Of a stretch of DNA of 64,000 nucleotides, positions 45,581-55,993 are shown piece by piece. The position numbers and the translations under genes were made by a program. Within the stretch, counting starts at the first letter, position 1; each line of letters begins with the position of its first letter. Under the pieces are notes generated by a model. That model was not told the origin of the DNA. It saw nothing but the letters and a program-made list of their open reading frames with translations, and did no database searches. The stretch covers positions 7,952 through 71,951 of IMG/VR virus record IMGVR_UViG_3300025913_000001, one strand, 5' to 3'. Source of the stretch: a virus.

Positions 45581-48500
45581 ATGGCAGACGAAAATCAAAT
45601 ACAAGAACCGCCAAAGTTATCTGTAGATGATTTTGCAGCAAAGATAAAGGCGAAATATCCCGACTATAAAAACGTGGATAATAGCGAACTTGTCAAAAAG
45701 ATTGTCGCTAAATATCCGGAGTATGGAAGTCATGTTGATTTAAACCCTCCAAAAGCGGCTACACCTATTTTTCAGCAAGCATCTAATAATTTTCTTAATC
45801 CATCAATTATAAAGCCACAGACAGGATATTTAACACCTATAATAGACTCGAATGCCAGACAGCAAGAGGCTGAACGGCAATATATGGTGGAAGGACAACA
45901 GGCAAATGATAAATTATCTCGCCAAATCAAACAAGGGCAAGAATTTCAAAAGTTAGTTGAGAAAGCCGACCCTGAAACAGTCAAGAATTGGGACAAGGTA
46001 AATCAGTTAATGGCAAATCATGTACCCGACCAATTACGTGAATATACCCCTGAAGAACAAAAGCATTATGAGTTTATGCAAACACCTGTTGGTAAAACAT
46101 TGGGGGCTGTTGCTTATTTAGGTTCTAAAGCTACTAAAGGGTCATTACAAATAATTAAAGGTGCTGCTCACTTAGCTAATATGGGCTTGAATGCTACTAA
46201 CCCGTATGCTCAAATGAGTAATGAAGAGGCTATTAATAAGATAGGCGATAAAGCCGATAAATTGGCTAATTATGGATTAACACAAGGTGATATAGGCAGA
46301 ATGGAAGAATCAAAGCCATTATCTGCTTTGGGAATGGCTGCTGAGTTTGCACCTGCTGTAGCTACCGGAGAAGCCGCTAACGCTCCTAAAGCATTGATGT
46401 ACTTACAGGGCGTTGGTCAAGGTAAAGACGCTGCTGAGAACATTGAAAAGAATGGAGGTAATTTAAACCCTGTTGCCAAAGAGGCATTGATACAGGGTAG
46501 CGGTTTGGTTAATTTGTTGTTGACTGACGTGTTTAAAGGCTCAAAGGTATCTTCTGCTTTACAAGACAAAGTAGTTACGGGTATTGCCGCTGATGCGATT
46601 AAAGAGAGTGCAGGTAAAGATTTGTCGGCACAGTCGTTTAAAGACCTATTACAAAACAAGGCACAAACATTTGCTCAAAAGTTAGAACGTGCGCCATTAG
46701 AGGCTTTGGGTCACTATAACGAAACAGCCAAAACATTCCTTAAACTAAATGCAGGTAATTTTGCCGTACATAAATCCGTGGACGCTTTAAATGAAAAGCC
46801 TGTATTTAATGAAACGTTAGGTAATCTGGCTGAAAATTCAGTTAATTCCATAACTAAAGACGCGCCGATATTTGCTGCGTTGCCGGCCGCTAAAGAATTA
46901 ACGAAGTTACTGCCTAATACGGCCTATCATAATGATGTGGTTGATGCGATTGTAAAAGACCCATCACAAAAGCATACTGACGACATTAAGGCTCAGATTA
47001 TGAACCATGCGTCTGAACAAGGATGGAACGATAATGAATTGCACAGTACTTTAGACCATGTGAATAAAATAGCCGAAGCGGCAAAGGCAATTCCTAAAGA
47101 TATCCCAAACGAAAATAAGCGCACTGACGCTATCGGATTGGTTATTGACCGTAATACACTACAAGACAAACTTAATGGGATTCAAGAGGCTAAAAAGAGC
47201 CTTGACCCTGCTATTCAGGAGATACATACTGCACAAGAACAATATCTAACCGATAAAATTGAGCAAGCCAATGATAAGTTACGAGATATTGTAAGTGGTA
47301 CTAAAACTACGTATTCAAAAGAGCGTGATGATAAAGGACAGGAAACAGGCAAATTCTTAAAGAGTACTGATGGCAAGCAAGAAGAGATAACCCCTGAAAG
47401 ATATAACTTGGAGCGTACCGAACGGGATGCTAAGGTAAAAGACAATGTGCAGGAAAATCCTGTTGCAGAACCAACAACTATAAAAGAATCAGACAATGGC
47501 AAAATCGATGAAATGGGAGGGAAGCCCAATGGACAAGAAGCAGGACAAAGCGGGGATGGCAAAAATGAAATCGGCATCCCACAAGAAAGCACCAAAGAAA
47601 ATGGGCAAGAAAAAGTAGTTAAATCGGGTGCGGGTGAGACTGTACCCGATAAATTGAAAGATGTACAAGTTGGAAACAGAGTTCCTATATCAAGAGGCGA
47701 TGAAAGCGGAATAGTTGAACGAATGGGAGTCGATGGTGATAAAACAGTGTTATCGGTAAAAGGAGATGATGGTAAATTAAATGAAGTTATTATACCTAAA
47801 CACGCCGTTGAACATTACGAACAATCTTTAAATGAATTAAAAAATGCCATTCAAAAGCAAAGCACAGGAGAAATGGTCCTTCGCCAACAAGAAACCGTGG
47901 GCGAAGGAGTGGGCGGACAAGACGAACCAAAAGTCGCTCCCGCAGAAATTGAAAAAGAGCAACCAAAAGAAAAAGAAATAAAAGCCGGAGACACGCTCAG
48001 AAAACTAGCTGACAGAATAGACGCAGGTAAAATAAATAAGTTAGGTGGTTTTAAGGCTTCTACAGGCTTTGATGCTTTGTGGGATACCTCTTTACAGGTC
48101 GTGTCTACATCGTTGCGTGGCGGAGCTAAATTAGCCGATGCAATTGAAGAAGGATTGAAACATATCCGACAAAGCGATTGGTATAAAAATCTAACTGATA
48201 AAAAAGACTTTGAGGCTAAATATGCTGAACACCTGAATAACGAGTTGTCAGATACTAAAGAAGATGTTGCTACCGAACAACCTAAAAAGTTTGTTACCAG
48301 CGCTAAAAATGCCGACACCGATAAACTAAGGGAGAAATTAGGTTTGTCGCCATTAATGAAAGCCGCTGCAAGGGCTAATCCCGAAGTATGGGACGAGGTA
48401 TTGGCACGTTTAGATACCAACCCACAAGCGGCAGATGACCTGATTAAACGCTTAGAGGTCGAAATGCGACCCGTAACAGACGTAGAGCAAGGTTTGTTGG

Positions 48501-50944
48501 TACATAAGCAAATAGAACTTGAAACTACCGTTCAGGAGGCCTCACAGCGTATTATAGACAACAAAAAAAAAGGTATTGACGATAAGTTTGACGATATCAA
48601 TCTCAAAAACGAAAGGGATAAATTATCTGACCTAATTAAACTACAAAATAAGGTAGGTAGGGAATGGGGATTATCTGGTAAGTTCCGTCAACAACTGTAT
48701 AAAGATGATTTTTCATTAGCGAGCTTAGAGCGCAAAACAATGGCGGTTTTAGGTGGCCGTGACTTAACGCCTAAAGAGTTGGATGAAATTCAAAAGGTAC
48801 ACGATGAGTTTAATAAAAAGCTGAAAGACCACGAAGATATTATTGCGGGACTACAAAAGCGCAATGCTGACTTAGAGGCAGAAAAGGCTTTAAAGAAACT
48901 AAAAAAAGACGCAGACTTTGAACAAAGAAAAGCGAAGCGTCAAGGTAAGATAATTGACTACGATAAGCAGATAAAAGATACCATTACAGATATTCGTGCT
49001 AAACTAAAAAAGGCACGTTCGGAAGCCAACGTTGTACCAATACCATACGCCAAAGAATTAATTGCTATTGCCCCTGAGTTGGGTGAATTGGCAAAAGCTT
49101 ATATCTCAAAAGGCATAACTAATCTGGAAGATATTGTCGACAAAATTCATCACGATCTGAAAGATGATTTTGATAATTTAGATAAACGTGCGGTACGGGA
49201 CGCTTTAAGTGGATACGGCAAAGAGTCCAAAAAGCAAACTCGTGACGAGATACAAACTAAACTTGACGAGATTAAGCGTGAAGCTAAGTTAATGTCGCAA
49301 TTGGAGGACTTAAAAAATGGTTTGGCTAAAGCAAAGACTGAAAGAGCAAAAGATAATATTAACGAACGTATTGAGGACTTAAAAAAACAGATACGAGAAT
49401 TAACACCCCAAGATGAGGCTAAGAACAAGTCCTACATCACCCGTATGCAGAATATGCAGAAGGAATTGGAGGCTAAGTTAAAAAGTGGTGACTTTGATAA
49501 AACTGTTCGTGTGCCTATCGAACTGAGTGAAGAAGCTCGTGCCTCCCGTGCGGCATATTTGCGTGTTAAAAAAGAATTTGAAACTGCTTTGGAGAAAAAA
49601 AGGTTAGCCAACAGAAGCAAGATAGAAAAGGCAAGCGATTGGTTTGTGAAGTGGAGGCGTAATGTGTTATTCTTAAACCCAAGCACCTTTGTTAAGTTGG
49701 GTACATACGCCTCTTTAAAGATGCTTTCTAAGCCATTACACGAACTTATAGGTTCGGGGTTACGAAAGTTACCTTATCTGTCAAAGATAGCCGAGAAAGC
49801 CCCAAGAGAGGGTCACGCCTTTAATGTACAGGCAGAGGCTAAGGCTTTTGCACAGATGTGGTCAAAGTCTACGTGGTCTGATATTAAAAAGAACCTGACT
49901 AATAAAGAAGGAGACTTACAGGTCATTAATGATGGATCAGATGAAACTACACGTGTTCCAGATGCTAAATTATTGGATATAGGCGCATCATTACACTCTG
50001 CTATTAAGCAAATACCCAAACACGCAGAATTTGAGCGAAGTTTGATATTACGGACTAAATATGCTTATGAGCATGGTTTAGACGTAAGTAATCAATTGGT
50101 ACAATTACAAAATGTTGCCGGGGCATTGAAAGACAGTTTGCCTGGTTCTCAATTGAACGAGTTAGAAAGCAAAGCCTATCAGGATTCATTACGGGATATT
50201 TTAATGCAGGATAATGTTGTGTCTAAGGCATGGAGCGGTGCTATCAATCAGTTAAGCCAATTAGCAGAAAGCGGTAAGTTGAATAAGACTACAATAGAAT
50301 CTACGGGTATTAAAAATGCCGCTAAGTCTTTACGGGCAGCGATGCAGATATTTATACCAATTACCAAAGTTCCGGTAAACTTCGTGATTGATCGTGCTGA
50401 ATATACACCAATTGTTGGTGCAGTACGTGCTATGTTGATTATGCGAAGGGGACTAAGTGAAATGAAGCCCGAAGAAGCAGATTATGTAATGCGTGTATTT
50501 AAGAAGCAAGGTATCGGTGCGGGTATGTTGGCATTTGGATATTTAAACCCGAATATGTTTGGTGGTTTTCAAGTGAGCAATAGTAAAAGAACAGATGACC
50601 AATTAAAGGCGAACGATATTGAGGTTTTTGGCTATAAAATACCCCACTTTATGACGCACACAGCCTTTTTATCCATTTGCCAATTAGGGGCGACGTTAAG
50701 GCATATAGCTGATGATGAGGTAGAGGGTAAGTTTACAGTAGATAAATATATCAAAGCTACTGACAGAGGCGGTAGTGATGCTGCTATAGCCAATGTACGG
50801 GATATTGCTAAAACAGTTCCATTTATGGATACCCCAACAAGATTAATGGATGCGGTTAAGTCTAAAGAATCTTGGAATAAGTTTATACAAGATTTTACTA
50901 TGGGATTGGTATTGCCACCAGATATAAAGACAGCAGTAAAATAG
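45581..50944 (+). CDS. Large internal virion/DNA-ejection protein
   Basis: 1787 aa coiled coil; FAAKIKAKYPDY N-terminal motif; third gene of the ejection trio. Confidence 0.7.
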   Translation: MADENQIQEPPKLSVDDFAAKIKAKYPDYKNVDNSELVKKIVAKYPEYGSHVDLNPPKAATPIFQQASNNFLNPSIIKPQTGYLTPIIDSNARQQEAERQYMVEGQQANDKLSRQIKQGQEFQKLVEKADPETVKNWDKVNQLMANHVPDQLREYTPEEQKHYEFMQTPVGKTLGAVAYLGSKATKGSLQIIKGAAHLANMGLNATNPYAQMSNEEAINKIGDKADKLANYGLTQGDIGRMEESKPLSALGMAAEFAPAVATGEAANAPKALMYLQGVGQGKDAAENIEKNGGNLNPVAKEALIQGSGLVNLLLTDVFKGSKVSSALQDKVVTGIAADAIKESAGKDLSAQSFKDLLQNKAQTFAQKLERAPLEALGHYNETAKTFLKLNAGNFAVHKSVDALNEKPVFNETLGNLAENSVNSITKDAPIFAALPAAKELTKLLPNTAYHNDVVDAIVKDPSQKHTDDIKAQIMNHASEQGWNDNELHSTLDHVNKIAEAAKAIPKDIPNENKRTDAIGLVIDRNTLQDKLNGIQEAKKSLDPAIQEIHTAQEQYLTDKIEQANDKLRDIVSGTKTTYSKERDDKGQETGKFLKSTDGKQEEITPERYNLERTERDAKVKDNVQENPVAEPTTIKESDNGKIDEMGGKPNGQEAGQSGDGKNEIGIPQESTKENGQEKVVKSGAGETVPDKLKDVQVGNRVPISRGDESGIVERMGVDGDKTVLSVKGDDGKLNEVIIPKHAVEHYEQSLNELKNAIQKQSTGEMVLRQQETVGEGVGGQDEPKVAPAEIEKEQPKEKEIKAGDTLRKLADRIDAGKINKLGGFKASTGFDALWDTSLQVVSTSLRGGAKLADAIEEGLKHIRQSDWYKNLTDKKDFEAKYAEHLNNELSDTKEDVATEQPKKFVTSAKNADTDKLREKLGLSPLMKAAARANPEVWDEVLARLDTNPQAADDLIKRLEVEMRPVTDVEQGLLVHKQIELETTVQEASQRIIDNKKKGIDDKFDDINLKNERDKLSDLIKLQNKVGREWGLSGKFRQQLYKDDFSLASLERKTMAVLGGRDLTPKELDEIQKVHDEFNKKLKDHEDIIAGLQKRNADLEAEKALKKLKKDADFEQRKAKRQGKIIDYDKQIKDTITDIRAKLKKARSEANVVPIPYAKELIAIAPELGELAKAYISKGITNLEDIVDKIHHDLKDDFDNLDKRAVRDALSGYGKESKKQTRDEIQTKLDEIKREAKLMSQLEDLKNGLAKAKTERAKDNINERIEDLKKQIRELTPQDEAKNKSYITRMQNMQKELEAKLKSGDFDKTVRVPIELSEEARASRAAYLRVKKEFETALEKKRLANRSKIEKASDWFVKWRRNVLFLNPSTFVKLGTYASLKMLSKPLHELIGSGLRKLPYLSKIAEKAPREGHAFNVQAEAKAFAQMWSKSTWSDIKKNLTNKEGDLQVINDGSDETTRVPDAKLLDIGASLHSAIKQIPKHAEFERSLILRTKYAYEHGLDVSNQLVQLQNVAGALKDSLPGSQLNELESKAYQDSLRDILMQDNVVSKAWSGAINQLSQLAESGKLNKTTIESTGIKNAAKSLRAAMQIFIPITKVPVNFVIDRAEYTPIVGAVRAMLIMRRGLSEMKPEEADYVMRVFKKQGIGAGMLAFGYLNPNMFGGFQVSNSKRTDDQLKANDIEVFGYKIPHFMTHTAFLSICQLGATLRHIADDEVEGKFTVDKYIKATDRGGSDAAIANVRDIAKTVPFMDTPTRLMDAVKSKESWNKFIQDFTMGLVLPPDIKTAVK

Positions 50945-50983
50945 CAATCAAAAAACAATTACTTTTGAATAAATAAATAAATC

Positions 50984-51325
50984 ATGAGTTCGATAATAGC
51001 AGGTAAACAGAATACATTAACCCAAACATTTACGGTTGCTACGGTAAGTGGAGTGCTTACGGCTACTTTAGTCATTGGCGGCGAGACGGCTTTTGACTTT
51101 GGGTTCACTGATTTAATCAGGATTAAAGATACTACGACAAACACTACGTTTGGCTTATCTGCCGGAACGACGTTTAGCAATACATTTGCATCTGGCTTGC
51201 CAACTTTTACGTGGGTATTACCCAATGTCCCTACCGGGACTGCCAGTGATGACACGATATTGGTGTATTTAAACGTTACGGAGCCACAAGCAGATACATT
51301 ATTGTTGCAATACCAAAAGGCTTAA
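50984..51325 (+). CDS. Small beta-rich virion protein
   Basis: T-rich; followed by terminator-like hairpin at ~51350-51381. Confidence 0.55.
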   Translation: MSSIIAGKQNTLTQTFTVATVSGVLTATLVIGGETAFDFGFTDLIRIKDTTTNTTFGLSAGTTFSNTFASGLPTFTWVLPNVPTGTASDDTILVYLNVTEPQADTLLLQYQKA

Positions 51326-51429
51326 GTTTTTCACAACAAATAAATCTTTGGAGTTTGATTGAAAAGTCAAACCCTTTTTTTATGTTTGTTCCCAATAAGG
51401 AATTTTACCAACTACTAAAAACAAACTTC

Positions 51430-51663
51430 ATGGAAACTTGCAAGCAATGCTCAAAAGAATTTGAGGCATGGGAAGCTGAATTTTATTGCGACAATTGTGA
51501 TAACGACGGATTAGAAGAACGTTGGTACGATTGGTGCATTGGCGAACCTGATATGATTACGTGTACTGAATGTAATGGTGATAAGACAATTAAATCTATG
51601 GAACGTGGTTTTTGTTCCGAAGATTGCAGAGAGGATTACTTTTATCCCAATAACGGTATATGA
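51430..51663 (+). CDS. Cys-rich zinc-finger protein
   Basis: CKQC, CDNC, CTEC, CSEDC. Confidence 0.6.
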   Translation: METCKQCSKEFEAWEAEFYCDNCDNDGLEERWYDWCIGEPDMITCTECNGDKTIKSMERGFCSEDCREDYFYPNNGI

Positions 51664-54173
51664 AGGAATCTCTCAAAAAACTCGTCAAGCAAAAGTACGC
51701 TGAGATAGTAGAGAAGCGTTTAAGCAAATCAGAGGCTTTAGAGGCGCAACAGGCTATTATCTCTCAAATTGATGATACAGTATACCAAGCGGAAGAAGAA
51801 GTAGCTGACGAGCCTGTAATAACGGTATTACCCCGTAACATCAGGTTAGTTAAACAACAGCAAGCAGAGTGCATAGAATGTATCATTGGCGACATTGACA
51901 ATATCCGTGAAACGTTGCCTTATTTGTTGGAGCATCAGGTGGAAGATGTGCAGAAAGCAGAGGAACGGTTGTATGTTCAAGATGAAGCGGGGATACTGTT
52001 TACTAACCAGACTGGAACAGGTAAGACGATCGTAGGTGCAGGGTTGATTAAACGTTCATTAAAACTCTTTCCTAATGAGCCTATACTTATTGTAACACCT
52101 ACCGATAAAAAGTGTAAAGATTGGATATTGGAGTGTTCATACTTGGGTATACGAGTTTATCAATTGCAGGATACAAGGGATGCTGGTAGATTAGTAAGCA
52201 CCACAACCTATGCCAATTTTAGAGAAAACATTCCATTACAATGCCGAAAGTTTCAGTACATTATTTACGATGAGTGCCATAAGATAATGCAGAATGGTTT
52301 GGGCAAAGAAACAAGCGCCTTAGAAGCGCATAGGCGTACCGCTAATCCATCCAATAGCACAAAGGTAGTATTCCTATCAGCAACACCCTTCGCCTACGTA
52401 CAGAACCTTGAATATGCCGATGGCTATTTATTTAAGATGGGCAATCGTGCTAAGTTCTTAATGGATAATTTTGGCTATACTTTATTGGAAGATGGCAAGT
52501 TAATGCAACCCGCTATTGGTGTTGATGTAGGGATATTGGAGCGAGAGTTTGCCGATAGGCTTATTAAGTCAGGGGCTATGAGTACCCGAAAGATTAAGAT
52601 ACCCTTTGACTATTCGAGAGAATTTGTGTTGATGGGCGATACTTTAGGTTTACAAATTGATGAAGGCTATATGCGTATTGGTGATGTGAAGCAATTTCCG
52701 TTCCTATCACAAGCGATTTCAGGTAAGTTTGACTATCGTTATACATCACAGTTATTAGAGTGCATCAAGGCACGACAGGCAGTACCACGTATCAAAGAGC
52801 ATTTGGCATTAGGACGCAAGGTAGTCGTCTTTCATGCCTATAACCACTCCCTACCGTCACACCCTTTTGAAATGAGGGCTGAGAACTTTAAAAACTATCT
52901 CGATGTAAATAAAATTATGCGGGAAGTTTCGCTATTCCATCAACTTTATCCCGAATACGGTAATTTGGATGTGAGGGACTTAAAGAACCCGATAGCAACT
53001 ATGAAAGAAGCTTTCGGCAATAACGTAGTTTTCTTTAATGGAGAAGTTGGTAAGGCTAAACGTAGTAGTGACTTGGACTACTTTAATGCCGATAGTGGTG
53101 TTGATGTGTTTTGCGTACAGGTAGATGCGGGTAAAGAGGGAATAAGCCTCCACGACAAGACTTCTGCTAAACAGAGGGTAACGATCAACCTCATGCTACC
53201 GACAGCGCCTACGACCGCTATACAAGCCGAGGGGCGTATTTATAGAGAGGGGAATAAAACAGATGCGATTATTGAATATCCCGTACTCCATACCGCTTTT
53301 GAGAAGTTTGTGTTTGCGGACAGGATTAGCAAAAGGGTAAGAACGGCTGAGAACTTAGCTTTGGGTAGCCAAGCAAGGAATTTGGAGATCACCTTTAAAG
53401 AGGGGTATTTAAACCCGACAAGTGATAAGCCTCATAAGGGACAAGGTAAGGGTGGTAAGAAAGCGGATATGCTGTTTGACCATCCCGACGAGTTTGAAAA
53501 GGCTAAGACGTTTTACTACAAGCGTGTGGCTAAAAAGGATAATAAGGCTTTAGTGCCTGAACCTTTGGGGTATAAGATTGTTCAATGGCTATCGGCCAGA
53601 CCATGTGATTGCTTATTAGATGCAAATGCAGGAATTGCATCAGTAAGTAGATATTTTAAAGCAAACACCGATAATACTATAATAGAAACCGATATAAAAT
53701 TAAGAAGCCAAGCAAGCATTTATGTCGAAGCGGTTGAAAGGTTGATGTGTGAAGGATTTGAGGAATTACATATTACCAATAAATATCAAGGGATTGTCTT
53801 TTTAAATAGAGAAAATATTGATTTTATGCTTACCAAAGCCATTAAGCATTTAAAACAAACCGGAAGATTAATATTTATAATACCGTTTAAAGACCTGTCG
53901 GATTACTTTTATAAAAACATAAACAGCGTTCTTCGCGCCACAATTATAATCCCATCCTGCGTATTTGGTAGTGAATTTATATTATTTGTAATAGACAAAG
54001 TTTTGGTTAAAGAAATAATTCCATTATTGCCACCGACTGAATATGTTGATTTATCAAGTATTTCAACAATTGATAAGTTCTTTGAAGCAATTAAGGATAT
54101 AACTATTATTGAGAGACTAGTAGAGCCAGATAAAGTCGTTAAAGTAGAAAAGCATTATACTTGGCAATATTAG
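51660..54173 (+). CDS. SF2 helicase (strawberry-notch/DarB-like) with degenerate C-terminal N6-methylase domain
   Basis: QTGTGKT, DECH, LSATPF, AGKEGISLHD, QAEGRIYR; then PEPLGYKIVQW...LLDANAG with no NPPF/Y. Confidence 0.8.
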   Translation: MKESLKKLVKQKYAEIVEKRLSKSEALEAQQAIISQIDDTVYQAEEEVADEPVITVLPRNIRLVKQQQAECIECIIGDIDNIRETLPYLLEHQVEDVQKAEERLYVQDEAGILFTNQTGTGKTIVGAGLIKRSLKLFPNEPILIVTPTDKKCKDWILECSYLGIRVYQLQDTRDAGRLVSTTTYANFRENIPLQCRKFQYIIYDECHKIMQNGLGKETSALEAHRRTANPSNSTKVVFLSATPFAYVQNLEYADGYLFKMGNRAKFLMDNFGYTLLEDGKLMQPAIGVDVGILEREFADRLIKSGAMSTRKIKIPFDYSREFVLMGDTLGLQIDEGYMRIGDVKQFPFLSQAISGKFDYRYTSQLLECIKARQAVPRIKEHLALGRKVVVFHAYNHSLPSHPFEMRAENFKNYLDVNKIMREVSLFHQLYPEYGNLDVRDLKNPIATMKEAFGNNVVFFNGEVGKAKRSSDLDYFNADSGVDVFCVQVDAGKEGISLHDKTSAKQRVTINLMLPTAPTTAIQAEGRIYREGNKTDAIIEYPVLHTAFEKFVFADRISKRVRTAENLALGSQARNLEITFKEGYLNPTSDKPHKGQGKGGKKADMLFDHPDEFEKAKTFYYKRVAKKDNKALVPEPLGYKIVQWLSARPCDCLLDANAGIASVSRYFKANTDNTIIETDIKLRSQASIYVEAVERLMCEGFEELHITNKYQGIVFLNRENIDFMLTKAIKHLKQTGRLIFIIPFKDLSDYFYKNINSVLRATIIIPSCVFGSEFILFVIDKVLVKEIIPLLPPTEYVDLSSISTIDKFFEAIKDITIIERLVEPDKVVKVEKHYTWQY

Positions 54174-54194
54174 TTTGAATGCTTATATTTGGGC

Positions 54195-54305
54195 ATAAGT
54201 AATTGACTTGCCCAAGAGATTGCTTTAACGAAATTAGAATTAGCCTTATTGAAAAGTTACTTGGAGGGCAAGCCTTGTAATGATTCGGTGAGGCTTTTAT
54301 TTTTT
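54195..54305 (+). promoter_or_regulatory. Two-hairpin leader with loop-loop complementarity
   Basis: After TATATTTG (54184-54191); CTTGCCC (54207-54213) complementary to GGGCAAG (54266-54272) in the loop of a terminator-like hairpin. Confidence 0.5.
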
Positions 54306-54315
54306 ATACTAAATA

Positions 54316-54867
54316 ATGAAAAAATGCAAAAAATGCGGGATTGAAAAAGAATATTCGATGTATCAAAAGAACAAAAAAATGGCAGATGGATATTTATCTT
54401 ATTGCAAAAAATGTATGAATAGGGTGGTGTCTAATCCAGAATTTAAAGCATACATGAATAGCTATAGAATTAGATATAAGGATAAAATAAAAGAACGGTA
54501 TAGTATTCGTATGAAAAATGACCCTATATTTAATCTCTCAAAAAAAGTTAGAAGTAGACTTAATACAGCCATGCTAAGAAAATACTCTTATCAATATAGG
54601 AAAAAGAATAAAACAGAAGTAATGCTTGGTATTCCTTTTGCATTATTTAAAATATATATAGAAAGTAAGTTTACAAAGGGAATGAAGTGGGAAAATTTAT
54701 TAAATGGAGAAATACATTTAGACCACAAAATCCCATTGTCATCCGCTAAAACAGAAGAAGAACTTGTTGCATTATGCCATTATACTAATTTACAACCATT
54801 GTGGGCTAAGGATAATATGGCTAAATCAGATAAAATCTTTCCTACTCAAATGATAATGACTATTTGA
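54316..54867 (+). CDS. HNH endonuclease with N-terminal zinc finger
   Basis: KKCKKC...YCKKC; IHLDHKIPLS...HYTNLQPLWAKDNMAKSD. Confidence 0.88.
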   Translation: MKKCKKCGIEKEYSMYQKNKKMADGYLSYCKKCMNRVVSNPEFKAYMNSYRIRYKDKIKERYSIRMKNDPIFNLSKKVRSRLNTAMLRKYSYQYRKKNKTEVMLGIPFALFKIYIESKFTKGMKWENLLNGEIHLDHKIPLSSAKTEEELVALCHYTNLQPLWAKDNMAKSDKIFPTQMIMTI

Positions 54868-54957
54868 GAAAAAAGAAGTAAGTTATAGTTGGAATTACAA
54901 ATAAAGTATATACATTTGAAAGTCCAACAATTCCGTTGGCACAAAAGCTTACCAGCA

Positions 54958-55446
54958 ATGAATAAATTAATCTTAGATGCCTGTTGTGGCAGTCGTATGT
55001 TTTGGTTCGACAAAACAAATCCCCAAGTTCTATTTGCGGATATAAGAACTGAAACCCATACTCTTTGTGATGGTCGACAATTAAATATTGCTCCGGACAT
55101 TGAAATTGACTTTACCCAAATGCCTTTTGAGGATAATACTTTTCAAATTGTGGTTATGGATCCACCTCATATGAAGAAGTTAGGTAAGAATACGTGGATG
55201 GCTCAAAAATATGGCGTGTTACTACCATCGTGGGAAACTGATATCCGTGCGGGGACAAACGAGTGTATGCGAGTACTAAAACCCGGTGGTACGTTTATAT
55301 TCAAATGGAACGAGGCTCAGGTTACTTTAAATCAAGTATTGGCTTGTATCGAATACAAACCTTTATTTGGTCATGTAACAGGTAAACACGGTAAAACTAT
55401 TTGGCTATGCTTTATGAAGGATATTGACCCCATAGTTCCTTGGTAA
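54958..55446 (+). CDS. SAM-dependent (probable DNA adenine) methyltransferase
   Basis: ILDACCGSRMFWFDK, DPPH, ECMRVLKPGG. Confidence 0.85.
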   Translation: MNKLILDACCGSRMFWFDKTNPQVLFADIRTETHTLCDGRQLNIAPDIEIDFTQMPFEDNTFQIVVMDPPHMKKLGKNTWMAQKYGVLLPSWETDIRAGTNECMRVLKPGGTFIFKWNEAQVTLNQVLACIEYKPLFGHVTGKHGKTIWLCFMKDIDPIVPW

Positions 55447-55462
55447 GCTCTATGCGGTTGGT

Positions 55463-55491
55463 AAAGCCTCGACTTCGGTTGGGGCTTTTTT
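55463..55491 (+). terminator. Intrinsic terminator
   Basis: AAAGCCTCGAC-TTCG-GTTGGGGCTTT plus T run. Confidence 0.75.
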
Positions 55492-55548
55492 GTGCCTTAA
55501 ATTGCATTAACTAAACCATTATATTTGCTTCAAACAAAATAAGAGCAA

Positions 55549-55992
55549 ATGGCTTACTCAGGCAATGTCACTCAGGTAGCGGGTGTTTTAACATTTCACG
55601 ATACCTCAACTATATCAGCACCTTTAACATCAAAGGTATTGGTGGTTCAGGATGCCAATGGTACGACTTTAGCCACAATCACGATGGGTTCGCTTACTAC
55701 AGCCACCTACACTATTACAAGCGATCAATGGTTAAACTTTGTGATGACTTTGGTTGATGCTGCCGGAAGTCATATTGTCGACGTGGCCTATTTAAGCGTT
55801 TATTTTTATTGGCAAAGTAAATTAAATCTTACAAAGGCTTTGGGTTGTGGTTGCTATTCTGAAAAGACTTATTGCAAGATAAACCAAGCTAACGAGTTTT
55901 TAGAAACAGCTGAATGGTACGCACCTTTGGTTGGCTATGGCATATTGGCTAATACAAATATAATTGCTGCAAATACCGTTATCAACAGTTAA
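55549..55992 (+). CDS. Virion structural protein (tail hub/fibre-attachment candidate)
   Basis: Beta-rich N half, CGC and helical C half; upstream TATATTTG. Confidence 0.55.
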   Translation: MAYSGNVTQVAGVLTFHDTSTISAPLTSKVLVVQDANGTTLATITMGSLTTATYTITSDQWLNFVMTLVDAAGSHIVDVAYLSVYFYWQSKLNLTKALGCGCYSEKTYCKINQANEFLETAEWYAPLVGYGILANTNIIAANTVINS

Positions 55993-55993
55993 G

